NCBI GenBank assembly: GCA_964582475.1
Contig: CAZOQS010000004.1
Coordinates: 63,489 to 127,488, forward strand
Length of the DNA: 64,000 nucleotides
Direction of reading: 5' to 3'
Origin: an uncultured Gammaproteobacteria bacterium
GTDB lineage: Bacteria > Patescibacteriota > Patescibacteriia > 2-12-FULL-60-25
The translations under genes were made by a program, and so were the position numbers. Positions 8,138 to 17,635 of this stretch are shown in pieces. How positions within the stretch are numbered: position 1 is the first letter of the stretch; the number at the start of each line of letters is the position of its first letter. The notes under the pieces are model-generated. The model made no database searches, had not been told where the DNA came from, and was given only the letters and a program-made list of their open reading frames with translations.

Positions 8138-10981
8138 ATGCGTGATCCTGCCTCCAGAGCGGACCAAGAACCGGACGCGCTTTCTCAAGATGAACAGATC
8201 TTTTTAGATGGATTGCTCTCTCGAGTAGGTGGACCGGTTCCCGCACAGCCAGCGAAGCGTCGAACAAGAAGAAAACTTCGACGGAGTGCTTCGCGTACAC
8301 AAAGTTTGCAGGACGCAGAATCGATTGAGCAGCCAACAATTCACCTCCGTACTTCACATAAGGGTCCAGTTCGAATCCCTGTTCAGCATCGTCCCCACAC
8401 GCAGAGTCCTTTTTTGGTCACCGTCCAGGGATTGGTCCAGCCAATTTACGAAGAAGAGCGGTCTCCACGCGAGCATTCCATTCATGAGTGGGAATTACCC
8501 GCTGAGCTATCCGTTTCTTCCGAGGCGTTGCTTGCCGAAGCGTTGGATTTACACCTTCCTGATGTTGATCCGTTTATTTTTCATCAGCAATTCACCCCAG
8601 GTGATGCGGATGTTGCGTATGCGCAGACCTATGGATTTTGGACACGTGTTCGTAGGCCCTTTATTCGCTGGGAAGTCTCGCGTGCGGAAAAGCGAGCGAA
8701 TGTCCCGGTAAGACCTGTTCAGGCTGTACGCGTTACAAGTGAAGAGCATCTTCTTCCGTCGGACTTCGATTATCAGTGGACTACACAGACAGGAGCGAAG
8801 CGCACAGCCTTGCGGCACCAGCTAGCGCTTGTACGGCATCGCGTTTCTGCATTTTTCTTGCGCACAACTGAGACGATTGAAGATACAGTTACTGAATTTG
8901 AAGAGCGTGAGGAGGGAGTCATTACAGAGACTGAGCAAGCTTGGGGCGTACCTGTTTTGGTCCCACGGTTGGACTTCATAAAGATTTTTGGTGGGTTAGC
9001 AGCCTTACTCCTTGTTGCGAGTTTGCCTGCAGGGGCAGTTTCCTTGTCTCGCTCCTTCCGAGGGACAGTCGAACAGAGCTTGGGTCAGAGTCGATCGGCT
9101 GTGGAAGAGGTGACGCGCATGACCGACTCAGCGAATCCATTGTTGATGGCGCCATCGGCGTTGGCGGCTGCCTCTGAGCAGTTCCGTTTGGCTGAAGACG
9201 GGCTTCGCCAGGTGAATGGTCTTACGACCCTGATCGTGCGTTCGTTGCCACAGACTCGCGAAGCCTATCGAACGAGCGTCGCGCTGTTAGATGCGGGTAC
9301 GCAGGCAACGAAGGCGGGTCGACTCGTAACGGAGGGCGTACAAGAAGCGCTCACCATGCAGGTCCGTCATCCTATTGAACGCATTACAACGCTTCAAACA
9401 TTCGTGGATGCTGCGATTCCAACGCTTCGCAAAGCAAGTGATCGCATGGGGGATGTGAATGAGGAGCTCCTGCCTGAGGGGGAGCGAGAGAAGGTGGTTC
9501 AGGCGCGAACAGCGATTGAAGGTGGGTCACGTGCGCTGGAAGATATTTCCAAAACGCTTAGCTTTGCCCGTTTGCTGATGGGGGAGGCGCGTGAACAGAC
9601 CTATCTCCTCGTGTTCCAAAACCAGGCAGAGCTTCGTCCAACGGGTGGATTCATGGGATCGGTCGCCGAGGTTATGATCGATCGTGGAGATATTGATCAG
9701 GTGTTTATCCCAGGAGGTGGCCCTTATGATTTGCGTAGCCAGCTGAAGAGTCGTGTGCTCGCGCCAAAGCCTCTCCACCTTGTAAATCCACGTTGGGAGT
9801 TCCAAGACGCGAACTGGTTTCCAGACTTCGCCGCTTCGGCCGAAAAGATTAGCTGGTTCTGGAGTCAGGGCGGACAGTCCACGCTGGATGGGGTGATTGC
9901 GGTGAATGCCTCTGTCCTTGAGCCGCTCCTGCGCTTCACGGGCCCAATTGACCTGCCAGACTATGGAAAGAGCTTCACGGCGGATAACATCCAGTTAGAG
10001 CTGCAAAAAGCGGTGGAACTTGAATACGACAAGACAGAAAACAAGCCAAAGAAGATCATTGGAGATCTCTTCCCAGTGTTGCTTGAGCGTCTCCGGAACG
10101 CCCCACCGGAGGAAACATTGAAGCTCATTTCTATTTTGGACGAGTCGCTCCGAAAGAAGGATATCCAGTTGTGGTTCCGTGATCAGGAATTGCAAACATA
10201 CACCGAACGCTTTGGTTGGGCGGGTCGCATCAAGCCCACAAAGGGTGATGCGTTGAGTCTGATCGAGGCAAACATCGGTGGCCAGAAGACGGATGCGGTT
10301 ATTCGAGAAGCGATGGATCAACGCGTTCAGATCCTGCCAAATGGTCAGATTGAAACGATTGTTACGCTGGATCGCACGCATGACGGAAAACAGGGGCAGC
10401 TGTTCCGTGGAGCAAATAACGTCGAGTACGTTCGTTTGTATGTTCCTCTCGGTTCCGAACTCCTTTCAGTTGAAGGGGTCCAGCCTCCGACGACCACGGC
10501 TTACAAGTTGCCAATCGCCCAAGATCTTCCAGATCCTGATTTAGCGAGATACGTGAATTTGCCACGTGTCGGTCCAGCAGGGGTAGATATTACGCAGGAA
10601 TTCGGCCGTACGGCCTTTGGTGCGTGGGTGCAGCTCCGACCGGGGGCAAGTTCTCGAACCGTGTTCCGCTATCGATTGCCGTTTACGGTTCAGGAGCTGT
10701 CCGAGCGAGCCATGTCTGACTACGGAGGAGCGACTCCAGAACGTGGAGGCGCCTATACGCTCTATCTCACCAGCCAATCAGGGAAGACGGATCGAAGTTT
10801 AAATCTCCACGTACATTATCCAGAAGCGTGGAACGTTCGTTGGTCGAATCGTGAAGACCTTATCCAGAAGCCAGGCGTCTTGACCTGGTCCGGTCCGATG
10901 GCCGAAGATCAGATTTTTGCCTTGTCCTTTGCCCTCCCTTCGTCCTATGAACAAACCACCGTCCGACAAGAAGGAGAGTAG
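8138..10981 (+). CDS. DUF4012-family large membrane-anchored protein
   Basis: Contains the DUF4012-type signature FQNQAELRPTGGFMGSVAEV and one TM helix (IFGGLAALLLVASLPAGAV). First ATG at 8138; the ORF track starts at a TTG at 8126. Confidence 0.75.
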   Translation: MRDPASRADQEPDALSQDEQIFLDGLLSRVGGPVPAQPAKRRTRRKLRRSASRTQSLQDAESIEQPTIHLRTSHKGPVRIPVQHRPHTQSPFLVTVQGLVQPIYEEERSPREHSIHEWELPAELSVSSEALLAEALDLHLPDVDPFIFHQQFTPGDADVAYAQTYGFWTRVRRPFIRWEVSRAEKRANVPVRPVQAVRVTSEEHLLPSDFDYQWTTQTGAKRTALRHQLALVRHRVSAFFLRTTETIEDTVTEFEEREEGVITETEQAWGVPVLVPRLDFIKIFGGLAALLLVASLPAGAVSLSRSFRGTVEQSLGQSRSAVEEVTRMTDSANPLLMAPSALAAASEQFRLAEDGLRQVNGLTTLIVRSLPQTREAYRTSVALLDAGTQATKAGRLVTEGVQEALTMQVRHPIERITTLQTFVDAAIPTLRKASDRMGDVNEELLPEGEREKVVQARTAIEGGSRALEDISKTLSFARLLMGEAREQTYLLVFQNQAELRPTGGFMGSVAEVMIDRGDIDQVFIPGGGPYDLRSQLKSRVLAPKPLHLVNPRWEFQDANWFPDFAASAEKISWFWSQGGQSTLDGVIAVNASVLEPLLRFTGPIDLPDYGKSFTADNIQLELQKAVELEYDKTENKPKKIIGDLFPVLLERLRNAPPEETLKLISILDESLRKKDIQLWFRDQELQTYTERFGWAGRIKPTKGDALSLIEANIGGQKTDAVIREAMDQRVQILPNGQIETIVTLDRTHDGKQGQLFRGANNVEYVRLYVPLGSELLSVEGVQPPTTTAYKLPIAQDLPDPDLARYVNLPRVGPAGVDITQEFGRTAFGAWVQLRPGASSRTVFRYRLPFTVQELSERAMSDYGGATPERGGAYTLYLTSQSGKTDRSLNLHVHYPEAWNVRWSNREDLIQKPGVLTWSGPMAEDQIFALSFALPSSYEQTTVRQEGE

Positions 10982-12914
10982 GCCGGTTACACGTAAGAAG
11001 GCGGCCTCCAAACCGATGAAGGCGGAGCTGGTTGAGATTGAGGAGGGTGGGCGCGAGGGTGAGTCTGTCGAAGAGCGATTATCGAATATCTATCGTGATG
11101 ATCAAGGAGATCTTCCCGATTTTAATCAATTCGACCGAAAGCGAAGCTTTTGGTGGCTACGTACGACCGCGTGGATTGTAGTGGTGACATCGATTGTGAG
11201 TGTTTGTGCGTGGGCGGGCTTTATGGCTTGGCGTCCGTGGCGTACGGATGGACCACCCGCGATCGCTTTACGGATTGAAGCTCCCGGTGAAATCAGTCCC
11301 GGAAAAGAAGAAGAGATCCGTATCTATTGGGAGAATACGGACTTGCGTCCAGTACGCGAAACGGATCTACGGGTTTTTTTACCGACCGACTTTGTTTTGC
11401 AGAAAGCAACGCCTGTTCCGACCAGTGCTTCGTCCACCCTGTGGTCCTTGGGGCTTCTCCCTCCGCAACAAAAGGGGATGATTACGCTACGAGGAGTGTT
11501 CTATGGAGCTACCGATCGCCAAGCGACGATTCAGGCGCTGGCTACCTATCGCTATGATTCGCTTGATCGAGAGCGCCAACTGGCGGAGACGCTCCGCTTG
11601 GCCTACACGACTTCAACGGTTAACGGTGTTCTCACGGCTCCAGAGCGTATGTTGCCCGGCGACCAGGTGACGCTTCGCTATCAGGTGACAAATCGCTCGG
11701 ACCAGGTCCTTGGGCCGCTCGTTGCTCGTTTTGTTTTGCCAGATGGGTTCGTGGTCTCGGCTTCGTCTTCACCTGGCTTGAATCAAGAGGGGCAGACACT
11801 GACCTTCCCAATTACGCGTTTGCCACCGGGATCGGTGACAACGCTTCAAGTTGGTGGAACGATGCTCTCGGGTCATCCGGGGGATGCGCTTATCACAGCA
11901 GCGGTTGGCCGAGCGGATGTACGTGGCGCCTTTGTTTCCTTGGCAATGTCAGAGGTTCGTTCTGTGGTCTTGGCGGGGGATCTGGCTTTGCGGCTCATCG
12001 TGAATGGAAGTCCAACAGAGTCTCCGATTGATCCAGGGACGCCACTTCGTATCACGTTAGGCTACGAAAATACGAGCGGAGAAGAATTGAAGAACGTTTC
12101 TTTGACGCTTTCAACGGAATCATTGATAAACGCCAAGCGGCAGGCGGGGACAGTTGGGCTGATCCAATGGAGTGCGCTCGAAGATCTTCAGCGCGCCGCT
12201 TCGAGCACCAAAGGGCAGACGCAGACCTTGAAGCTCACCTCAGCTCAGGTCCCAAGTCTCGCTTCGCTCCCAGCGGGGGCAAAGGGCTCATTTGATTGGA
12301 TCATCCCTATCCGAAGCGCTCCAACGGGCACGAGAGACGCCGTCATTCAGATTGCGGCTCTCGCACATATCGACCGCGTTGGAGCGACCGTGGGAGCACG
12401 AGATGTTCGTGTGATGCCTTTCAATTTACGTTACAAGACGGATGCAGATCTACGCGTAGAAGCGCAGTACGCAACCGAAGAAGGGGCGCCGATCGGTTTT
12501 GGTCCATTGCCGCCAGAAGTAGGGAAGACCACCGGCTATCGAGTGAACTGGCGTATTACAAAGAAAGTGCACGAATTGGATCGAATGACCGTTAAAGCAA
12601 AGTTACCAGCGATCGCAACCTGGACGAAAAATATTCAAGTCGAACGTGGGACGGTGACCTACGATGAAGCGACGCGCGAAGTTCGTTGGACGATCCCGAG
12701 TCTTCCACTCGATGTCGCGAGCATAGCAGCTTCCTTTGATGTGCAGGTGACGCCAGCGCGTGCAGACGTAGGACGGTTCGCGCCACTCATCGGAGAAGCG
12801 ACGTTCGAGGCGCAGGATAAACAATTAAATACACCGCTTTTACGAGTAAAACCAGCCCTTACGACGGACCTTCCGGGTGATGAGCTCGCGCGTGGTCGTG
12901 GGGTCGTACGCTAA
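10947..12914 (+). CDS. Large membrane-anchored protein with repeated beta-rich (DUF11/CARDB-like) domains
   Basis: ATG in the host context cgtcctATG, overlapping the upstream gene by 35 nt. Basic N-terminus, TM helix AWIVVVTSIVSVCAWAGFMAW, then repeated roughly 100-aa segments. Confidence 0.6.
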   Translation: MNKPPSDKKESRPVTRKKAASKPMKAELVEIEEGGREGESVEERLSNIYRDDQGDLPDFNQFDRKRSFWWLRTTAWIVVVTSIVSVCAWAGFMAWRPWRTDGPPAIALRIEAPGEISPGKEEEIRIYWENTDLRPVRETDLRVFLPTDFVLQKATPVPTSASSTLWSLGLLPPQQKGMITLRGVFYGATDRQATIQALATYRYDSLDRERQLAETLRLAYTTSTVNGVLTAPERMLPGDQVTLRYQVTNRSDQVLGPLVARFVLPDGFVVSASSSPGLNQEGQTLTFPITRLPPGSVTTLQVGGTMLSGHPGDALITAAVGRADVRGAFVSLAMSEVRSVVLAGDLALRLIVNGSPTESPIDPGTPLRITLGYENTSGEELKNVSLTLSTESLINAKRQAGTVGLIQWSALEDLQRAASSTKGQTQTLKLTSAQVPSLASLPAGAKGSFDWIIPIRSAPTGTRDAVIQIAALAHIDRVGATVGARDVRVMPFNLRYKTDADLRVEAQYATEEGAPIGFGPLPPEVGKTTGYRVNWRITKKVHELDRMTVKAKLPAIATWTKNIQVERGTVTYDEATREVRWTIPSLPLDVASIAASFDVQVTPARADVGRFAPLIGEATFEAQDKQLNTPLLRVKPALTTDLPGDELARGRGVVR

Positions 12915-12952
12915 TCAACACTGTGGATATCGAATCTGTGCTATGATTACCG

Positions 12953-14287
12953 ATGTTCTTTCCCTTTTGTATGCCTATCCGCGGATCCCGTCGTCCTAAC
13001 GTAGTCCCTATCACTGCTCCTTCGTTTTCCACCCCTCCCCGTTCCTACCTCTATCGTAAAATCGCATTTGGATTTATTGGACTGACTGTCTTGCTCGTTG
13101 CGGCGATTCTCTGGTTGTCTTCGGTGAAGGCGCAGGTCATTGTCCACGTAAAGAAAGAGCCAGTAGCGGTTGATACAGTGGTGGAATTGGCGAAGGTTCC
13201 AAAAACAGGACAGCTCCTTGGCCGTGTGGCTCAAGGAACATTTGAGAATCGCAAAGAATTTCCTATTCGTACAGCGGGTGACAGTGCAGTTACAACCACG
13301 CCCGTTGCTTTGATCCCTTCATCGACGACCGTTGCGGCTGCGCCTACCGCAACCACACCCGTGATTGCGCCAAACGCGCTTGCACGTGGCACCGTGAAAA
13401 TTGTAAACACCTATTCACGCGCACAACCACTTGTACGTACAACGCGGTTGTTGACGGCTGATAACAAATTATTCCGCATCGATAAAGCGGTGAATGTTCC
13501 AGCAGGTGGTTCGGTAGAAGTAGAGGTGTATGCTGATAAACCGGGTCCAGGATTCGAAATTGGTCCAACGAAATTCACCATTCCAGGCTTGTTCGTCGAT
13601 CTTCAGAAATTTATTTACGCAGAATCAACGACTGCCTTCAAACTCGAAACAGTTCCAGTCCCTGCGCCAACTCCTGCTCCGCGTACGCAGCCAACCCCAG
13701 CTCCACGGACGACGCCTCGTGCCGGCGCCCTCACTCCAACGCAAGAAGAGCTTGATGCAGCTGAACGCCAGGCGATCGATGAGACACTCGAGCGTGCAAA
13801 ACGTCAGTTAGCTTCGGAGGTGACTGAATCAGCTTCGTTGGAAGGAGTCTATTTCACCAAAGTCCGTAAAGAAATCCTTCCTGGATCAACCCCACAATCG
13901 TTTATTGTCTATATCCAGGCAGACGTAACAGCCGTTTACTACCCAAAGGATGACATGCTGGTCTTGGTCCGCAGCAAGCTGCGCGAAAAAGTACCTTCCG
14001 ATCGTGAGATTGTCCCATTCGATGGAAAATCGATCCGTTATCAGATCGAGTCGGTTGATCCACGCTCCGAAACGGCCACGGTCCGCGTCCAGACAGACGC
14101 GACCTCTCGCCTAACGCCCTCAAGTGATGGATTGAAGAAAGAAAATATGGTCGGCAAGTCAAAGCAAGAATTGGTCGATACGCTGAAGAAGATCGATGGA
14201 GTCGAATCGGTTGACGTCATCACCTCACCAGGTTGGTTACGCAAAATTCCAAGCATGCAAGAACGGATTGAGTTGAAGGTGGAATAA
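12953..14287 (+). CDS. Membrane-anchored hypothetical protein with a Pro/Thr linker
   Basis: TM helix IAFGFIGLTVLLVAAILWLSSV and linker PVPAPTPAPRTQPTPAPRTTP. Same strand and tightly spaced with the two upstream genes. Confidence 0.6.
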   Translation: MFFPFCMPIRGSRRPNVVPITAPSFSTPPRSYLYRKIAFGFIGLTVLLVAAILWLSSVKAQVIVHVKKEPVAVDTVVELAKVPKTGQLLGRVAQGTFENRKEFPIRTAGDSAVTTTPVALIPSSTTVAAAPTATTPVIAPNALARGTVKIVNTYSRAQPLVRTTRLLTADNKLFRIDKAVNVPAGGSVEVEVYADKPGPGFEIGPTKFTIPGLFVDLQKFIYAESTTAFKLETVPVPAPTPAPRTQPTPAPRTTPRAGALTPTQEELDAAERQAIDETLERAKRQLASEVTESASLEGVYFTKVRKEILPGSTPQSFIVYIQADVTAVYYPKDDMLVLVRSKLREKVPSDREIVPFDGKSIRYQIESVDPRSETATVRVQTDATSRLTPSSDGLKKENMVGKSKQELVDTLKKIDGVESVDVITSPGWLRKIPSMQERIELKVE

Positions 14288-14298
14288 CAACGCCAAAG

Positions 14299-14328
14299 AA
14301 AACCCCACGCAAATACGCGTGGGGTTTT
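14299..14328. terminator. Bidirectional intrinsic terminator
   Basis: A-tract, stem CCCCACGC / GCGTGGGG, T-tract. Lies between convergent genes. Confidence 0.7.
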
Positions 14329-14340
14329 CTGTTTAACGCA

Positions 14341-15009
14341 TTAAGGAGAAATGTTGTATCCAATTTTGACCACCCCTTGTTTCTGCTTGATATATCGAAT
14401 GTGCAGGCCGCCAATCTCACCCAAGGCTTGCACATGTGTTCCGCCACAAGGGACGGATTTGTCTCCTAATCGAACAATCCGCGTTGTTCCCTGAAGATCG
14501 ATGGTTGTGGGTGTGTTCGTTGCAATAAGTGCTGCGGCAGTCGCTTCGATACGAGCGGCTAACTCAGTGTCAGGAGTCTCTTGCGTCTGATACTCAACGT
14601 ACGGACCATCTGCAAAGTGATACCCTTTTCCGGGTTGCCACTGGATAGAAAGCTGATCCAGTACGACGTCGAGGAGATGTCCCGCCGAGTGGAGGCGACT
14701 GTGAAGTTGTCTCCAGGCGGTATCAATTTCACACAGAACCTCTTCACCAGGTTCGATCATTCCATCGGACATGGTTCCTATGTGCTCTATGGCTCCATCT
14801 TCACGTTTCCTTACCTGGGTGACCTTCAGGATCCCCTGAGATCCCAGTATTTCTCCACGGTCGGCTGGTTGGCCGCCGCCTTGTGGGTGGAAGATGGTGT
14901 CCGCGAGCGTGACGACCACGAGTCCATCACGTAGTTCAGAGCTGAGAGCTGTTGTCGAAAGCTGGGTGCACTGCATGTCGGCGTAATAGCGTGGGAGAGG
15001 ATTGCTCAT
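14341..15009 (-). CDS. alaX: Alanyl-tRNA editing protein (AlaX-type, threonyl/alanyl-tRNA synthetase SAD domain)
   Basis: Zinc-binding motifs HSRLHSAGHLL and CGGTHV. Size about 220 aa. Confidence 0.8.
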   Translation of the reverse strand: MSNPLPRYYADMQCTQLSTTALSSELRDGLVVVTLADTIFHPQGGGQPADRGEILGSQGILKVTQVRKREDGAIEHIGTMSDGMIEPGEEVLCEIDTAWRQLHSRLHSAGHLLDVVLDQLSIQWQPGKGYHFADGPYVEYQTQETPDTELAARIEATAAALIATNTPTTIDLQGTTRIVRLGDKSVPCGGTHVQALGEIGGLHIRYIKQKQGVVKIGYNISP

Positions 15010-15091
15010 AGTTCATGAAGATAGGTGGAATATGGACGCATCGTACGAGACCTTTGGTCAGGGTCAAAGAAAAACAGCAGATAGCACAAAA

Positions 15092-15120
15092 ATGACAGAT
15101 ATGTCATAAATATGACATAT
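15092..15120. promoter_or_regulatory. Candidate operator: alternating ATGACA / TGTCAT half-sites
   Basis: ATGACA (15092-15097), 4 nt, TGTCAT (15102-15107), 4 nt, ATGACAT (15112-15118). This gives two overlapping perfect inverted repeats that abut the ATG at 15119. Confidence 0.45.
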
Positions 15121-15823
15121 GCGTTTAATTGCGGAAGGGGTCCGGAAACAGGTCTTGCAAGATCCGATTGCCTACGACGCGTTGGTCGCCGGGATCCTTA
15201 ATTGCCGCGCCTATGCCAAATCCATCGTAAAACCCGTGGGTGACTGGTGCCGTAAGCCGGTCAAAGTCGATACCGTTATGGCGGTGCTTTTGCGTTTACG
15301 ACGCACGCTACAGCAAACACAACAAGAAACAGGGAGACTCCCGCTGATCCCTGATTTTTCCATCTCCTCGCTGACATTAAAAACGAGCCTGGCAGAAATC
15401 GCCTTCGATCTCACAAAGGATATCGATCAAGTCACACATTGGCTCGAAGCCTATCCTAAGCAAAAAGACGCAATGGTCATCACGATTCGCGGGAATCACG
15501 AACTGGCAATCATTGCTCCGCATCAAATCGTCCTCGACCTTCAAAAAACGTTTCCACGCCGTAAACCAAAAGGCGTTGCCCTCGGCTTAGCCGCGGTGAC
15601 CGTTACCTACCCCTCGGCGGACTACCTGTTTACTCCAGGGATTACGTACGCGTTGATTCGCCAGATTGCCTTGCAGCGCATTAACCTAGTCGAGAAATGT
15701 TCCACTTACTCAGAAGAAACATTCTTCGTTGCCGAGGAGGATGCGGCTGCTACCTTCGAATGTTTAAAGCCTTTCCTGAAAACAAAGAGTGATTCTGAAC
15801 TAAAACAAAAACGGCCACGCTAA
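15119..15823 (+). CDS. Hypothetical protein, possible ACT-domain protein
   Basis: 234-aa ORF. The C-terminal half has an ACT-like pattern (VTVTYPS...TPGITYALIRQIALQRINLVE). The assignment is weak. Confidence 0.5.
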   Translation: MRLIAEGVRKQVLQDPIAYDALVAGILNCRAYAKSIVKPVGDWCRKPVKVDTVMAVLLRLRRTLQQTQQETGRLPLIPDFSISSLTLKTSLAEIAFDLTKDIDQVTHWLEAYPKQKDAMVITIRGNHELAIIAPHQIVLDLQKTFPRRKPKGVALGLAAVTVTYPSADYLFTPGITYALIRQIALQRINLVEKCSTYSEETFFVAEEDAAATFECLKPFLKTKSDSELKQKRPR

Positions 15824-15836
15824 GTGGCCGTTTTTG
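15807..15836. terminator. Bidirectional intrinsic terminator
   Basis: AAAA-ACGGCCAC-gctaa-GTGGCCGT-TTTT. Overlaps the stop codon of the + strand gene and lies downstream of rplA. Confidence 0.75.
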
Positions 15837-15851
15837 TTATATTTTTTTGGA

Positions 15852-16559
15852 TTACGCGACGAGTGTGCTGCCGTCGACTTTGACGCCTGGACCCATCGAG
15901 GAAGTCACTGTGATTGACTTGATGAACACGCCTTTCGAGGAGGCTGGCTTTGCTTTGCGAATCGCTTCCACCAACATCGTGAGGTTCGCAAGAAGCGCGT
16001 TTACGTCCATCGAAGCTTTTCCGATCGCTTGGTGAATGTTTCCAGTCGTATCGTTCTTGAAGGATACTTTACCCTTCTTAATTTCTTCGACCATTTTCTT
16101 CACGTTTGGGCCAACCGTGTCTGTCTTTGGGTTAGGCATGAGACCGGCAGGACCAAGAATTTTCGCGAGCTTGGCGAGCTTAGGCATCATGTCTGGGGTC
16201 GCAACCGTGATGTCACAGTCGATCTTTCCGTTCTTGATGATTTCCGCAATCAATTCTTCGCCACCAACGACGTCAGCGCCAGCATCTTTTGCTTCTTTTT
16301 CGCGGTCAGCGGAAACGAAGGCGACGACTTTCTTCGACTTTCCAACAGAGTGGGGGAAGACGAAGGTCGTACGGACCTGTTGATCACCCTTTTTTACATC
16401 GATGCCCAAGTTCAAGTGGACTTCGACGCTAGAATCAAACTTCACGTTTGAGGTCTTTTTGACGAGCTCAAGTGCTTCGAGGCCAGAGTAAACCTTCTTG
16501 CTATCAATAAGCTTTGCGAGCTCGGTGTAGCGTTTTCCGTGTGCAGTGGCGTTAGCCAT
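15852..16559 (-). CDS. rplA: 50S ribosomal protein L1
   Basis: MANATAHGKRYTELAKLID... with typical L1 length and sequence. ATG at 16559 chosen over the upstream TTG of the ORF track. Confidence 0.95.
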   Translation of the reverse strand: MANATAHGKRYTELAKLIDSKKVYSGLEALELVKKTSNVKFDSSVEVHLNLGIDVKKGDQQVRTTFVFPHSVGKSKKVVAFVSADREKEAKDAGADVVGGEELIAEIIKNGKIDCDITVATPDMMPKLAKLAKILGPAGLMPNPKTDTVGPNVKKMVEEIKKGKVSFKNDTTGNIHQAIGKASMDVNALLANLTMLVEAIRKAKPASSKGVFIKSITVTSSMGPGVKVDGSTLVA

Positions 16560-16621
16560 AGACTGAATGTGGTGCAAACCTCCGTTTGAGCGGAGTCCCA
16601 CGAACAAGAGTAAGTGGCCTG

Positions 16622-16650
16622 ATAATAGCCATTTAAGCCAAAAATGTCAA
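16622..16650 (-). promoter_or_regulatory. Stand-alone sigma70-like promoter for rplA
   Basis: On the minus strand: TTGACA (16650-16645), 17-nt spacer, TATTAT (16627-16622). It is followed by a roughly 60-nt leader containing GGGACUCCG-cucaaa-CGGAGG. Confidence 0.6.
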
Positions 16651-16747
16651 AGGTTGCTCGGTTCTCTAAGCTCTGGCTTAATATGGGCGACTCGAATAGG
16701 AATGTTCGAGAAACGAGGACAAGTTCGCTCGAGAGGAGACGAGGACG

Positions 16748-17635
16748 ATGGCGCTGAACAATCTCGCACAGCGGTTCGTGGTGGCTAGTGTTGCTATCCC
16801 GGCGCTTCTGGGAGCGCTCTACTTCCGACAGGGGATCATCTGGTTCGTCCTCTGTCTGGTCTTCGCCCGTCTGGCGGCGAAAGAGTTCCTGGCGCTGGTC
16901 GCGCCAGACGAACCGGAGTCGACGGGCTACCACCCGCTGTTCTACCTCCTGTATGGAGGGGTGTTCGTCACACTCTTCCTGGCAGTGTCGCGGCACAGCC
17001 TGTTCGGCCTGCACTTCGAGGGGCTGCTCCCGCTGCTCTATGGCGGCCTGATCCTCGCGGTCGCAGTGCTCCTCTCCATCCTGATCTTCCCGCCCCTGCT
17101 CACACAGAAGCGGTTGAAGATCGGTGGCCTGGCGCTCGGGCCCTTCTACCTCGCGGGGCCCTTCGCTCTGCTCGCGCTCATTCGGCTGTACGGTACGTCG
17201 GCCGAGGGAGCGGGGCTCTGCATCTTCACGCTGTCAGTCGCCTGGCTCGGGGACTCGGTCGCCATGCTCTTCGGCAAGACGTTCGGCGGTCCGAAGCTCT
17301 ACCCGACCGTCTCGCCGGGGAAGACCTGGAGCGGCGCCGTGGGCGGGCTCATCGGCTCGGCCTCGGTCGTGCTCTTCGCCAAGCTGCTCTTCCTGCCCAG
17401 CCTCCCGGTCGGGAAGGGGATCGCGCTCGCGCTCTTCGCCGGCGCCTTCGGGCAGCTCGGTGACCTGTGCGAGTCAGTTCTCAAGCGTACGACCGGGGTC
17501 AAGGACTCGGGCAGCTCGCTGCCGGGCCATGGAGGCTTCCTCGACCGCGTCGATGCGCTCTTGTTCGTGACCCTGGTGGTCTTCGGCGCGCTCCAGTCGG
17601 GCTGGCTCGGTTTCTCGTTGCCGTCCACTCGTTAG
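16748..17635 (+). CDS. cdsA: Phosphatidate cytidylyltransferase (CDP-diglyceride synthase), high-GC
   Basis: CdsA signature SVLKRTTGVKDSGSSLPGHGGFLDRVD. Multi-TM protein. 42/60 G+C in row 17341-17400. AGGAG at 16734-16738 upstream of the ATG. Confidence 0.88.
   Translation: MALNNLAQRFVVASVAIPALLGALYFRQGIIWFVLCLVFARLAAKEFLALVAPDEPESTGYHPLFYLLYGGVFVTLFLAVSRHSLFGLHFEGLLPLLYGGLILAVAVLLSILIFPPLLTQKRLKIGGLALGPFYLAGPFALLALIRLYGTSAEGAGLCIFTLSVAWLGDSVAMLFGKTFGGPKLYPTVSPGKTWSGAVGGLIGSASVVLFAKLLFLPSLPVGKGIALALFAGAFGQLGDLCESVLKRTTGVKDSGSSLPGHGGFLDRVDALLFVTLVVFGALQSGWLGFSLPSTR

Noticed and set aside
13660-13740. Short tandem repeats looked like possible CRISPR or VNTR signals. They are PAPTPAPRTQPTPAPRTTP at about 13660-13740, similar Pro/Thr tracts at about 47480-47760 and about 52200-52290, and GGN repeats at about 41520-41690 and about 54010-54260.
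   Set aside because: They are in-frame low-complexity linkers inside long ORFs. There are no regularly spaced identical repeats with unique spacers, so there is no CRISPR array in the window.
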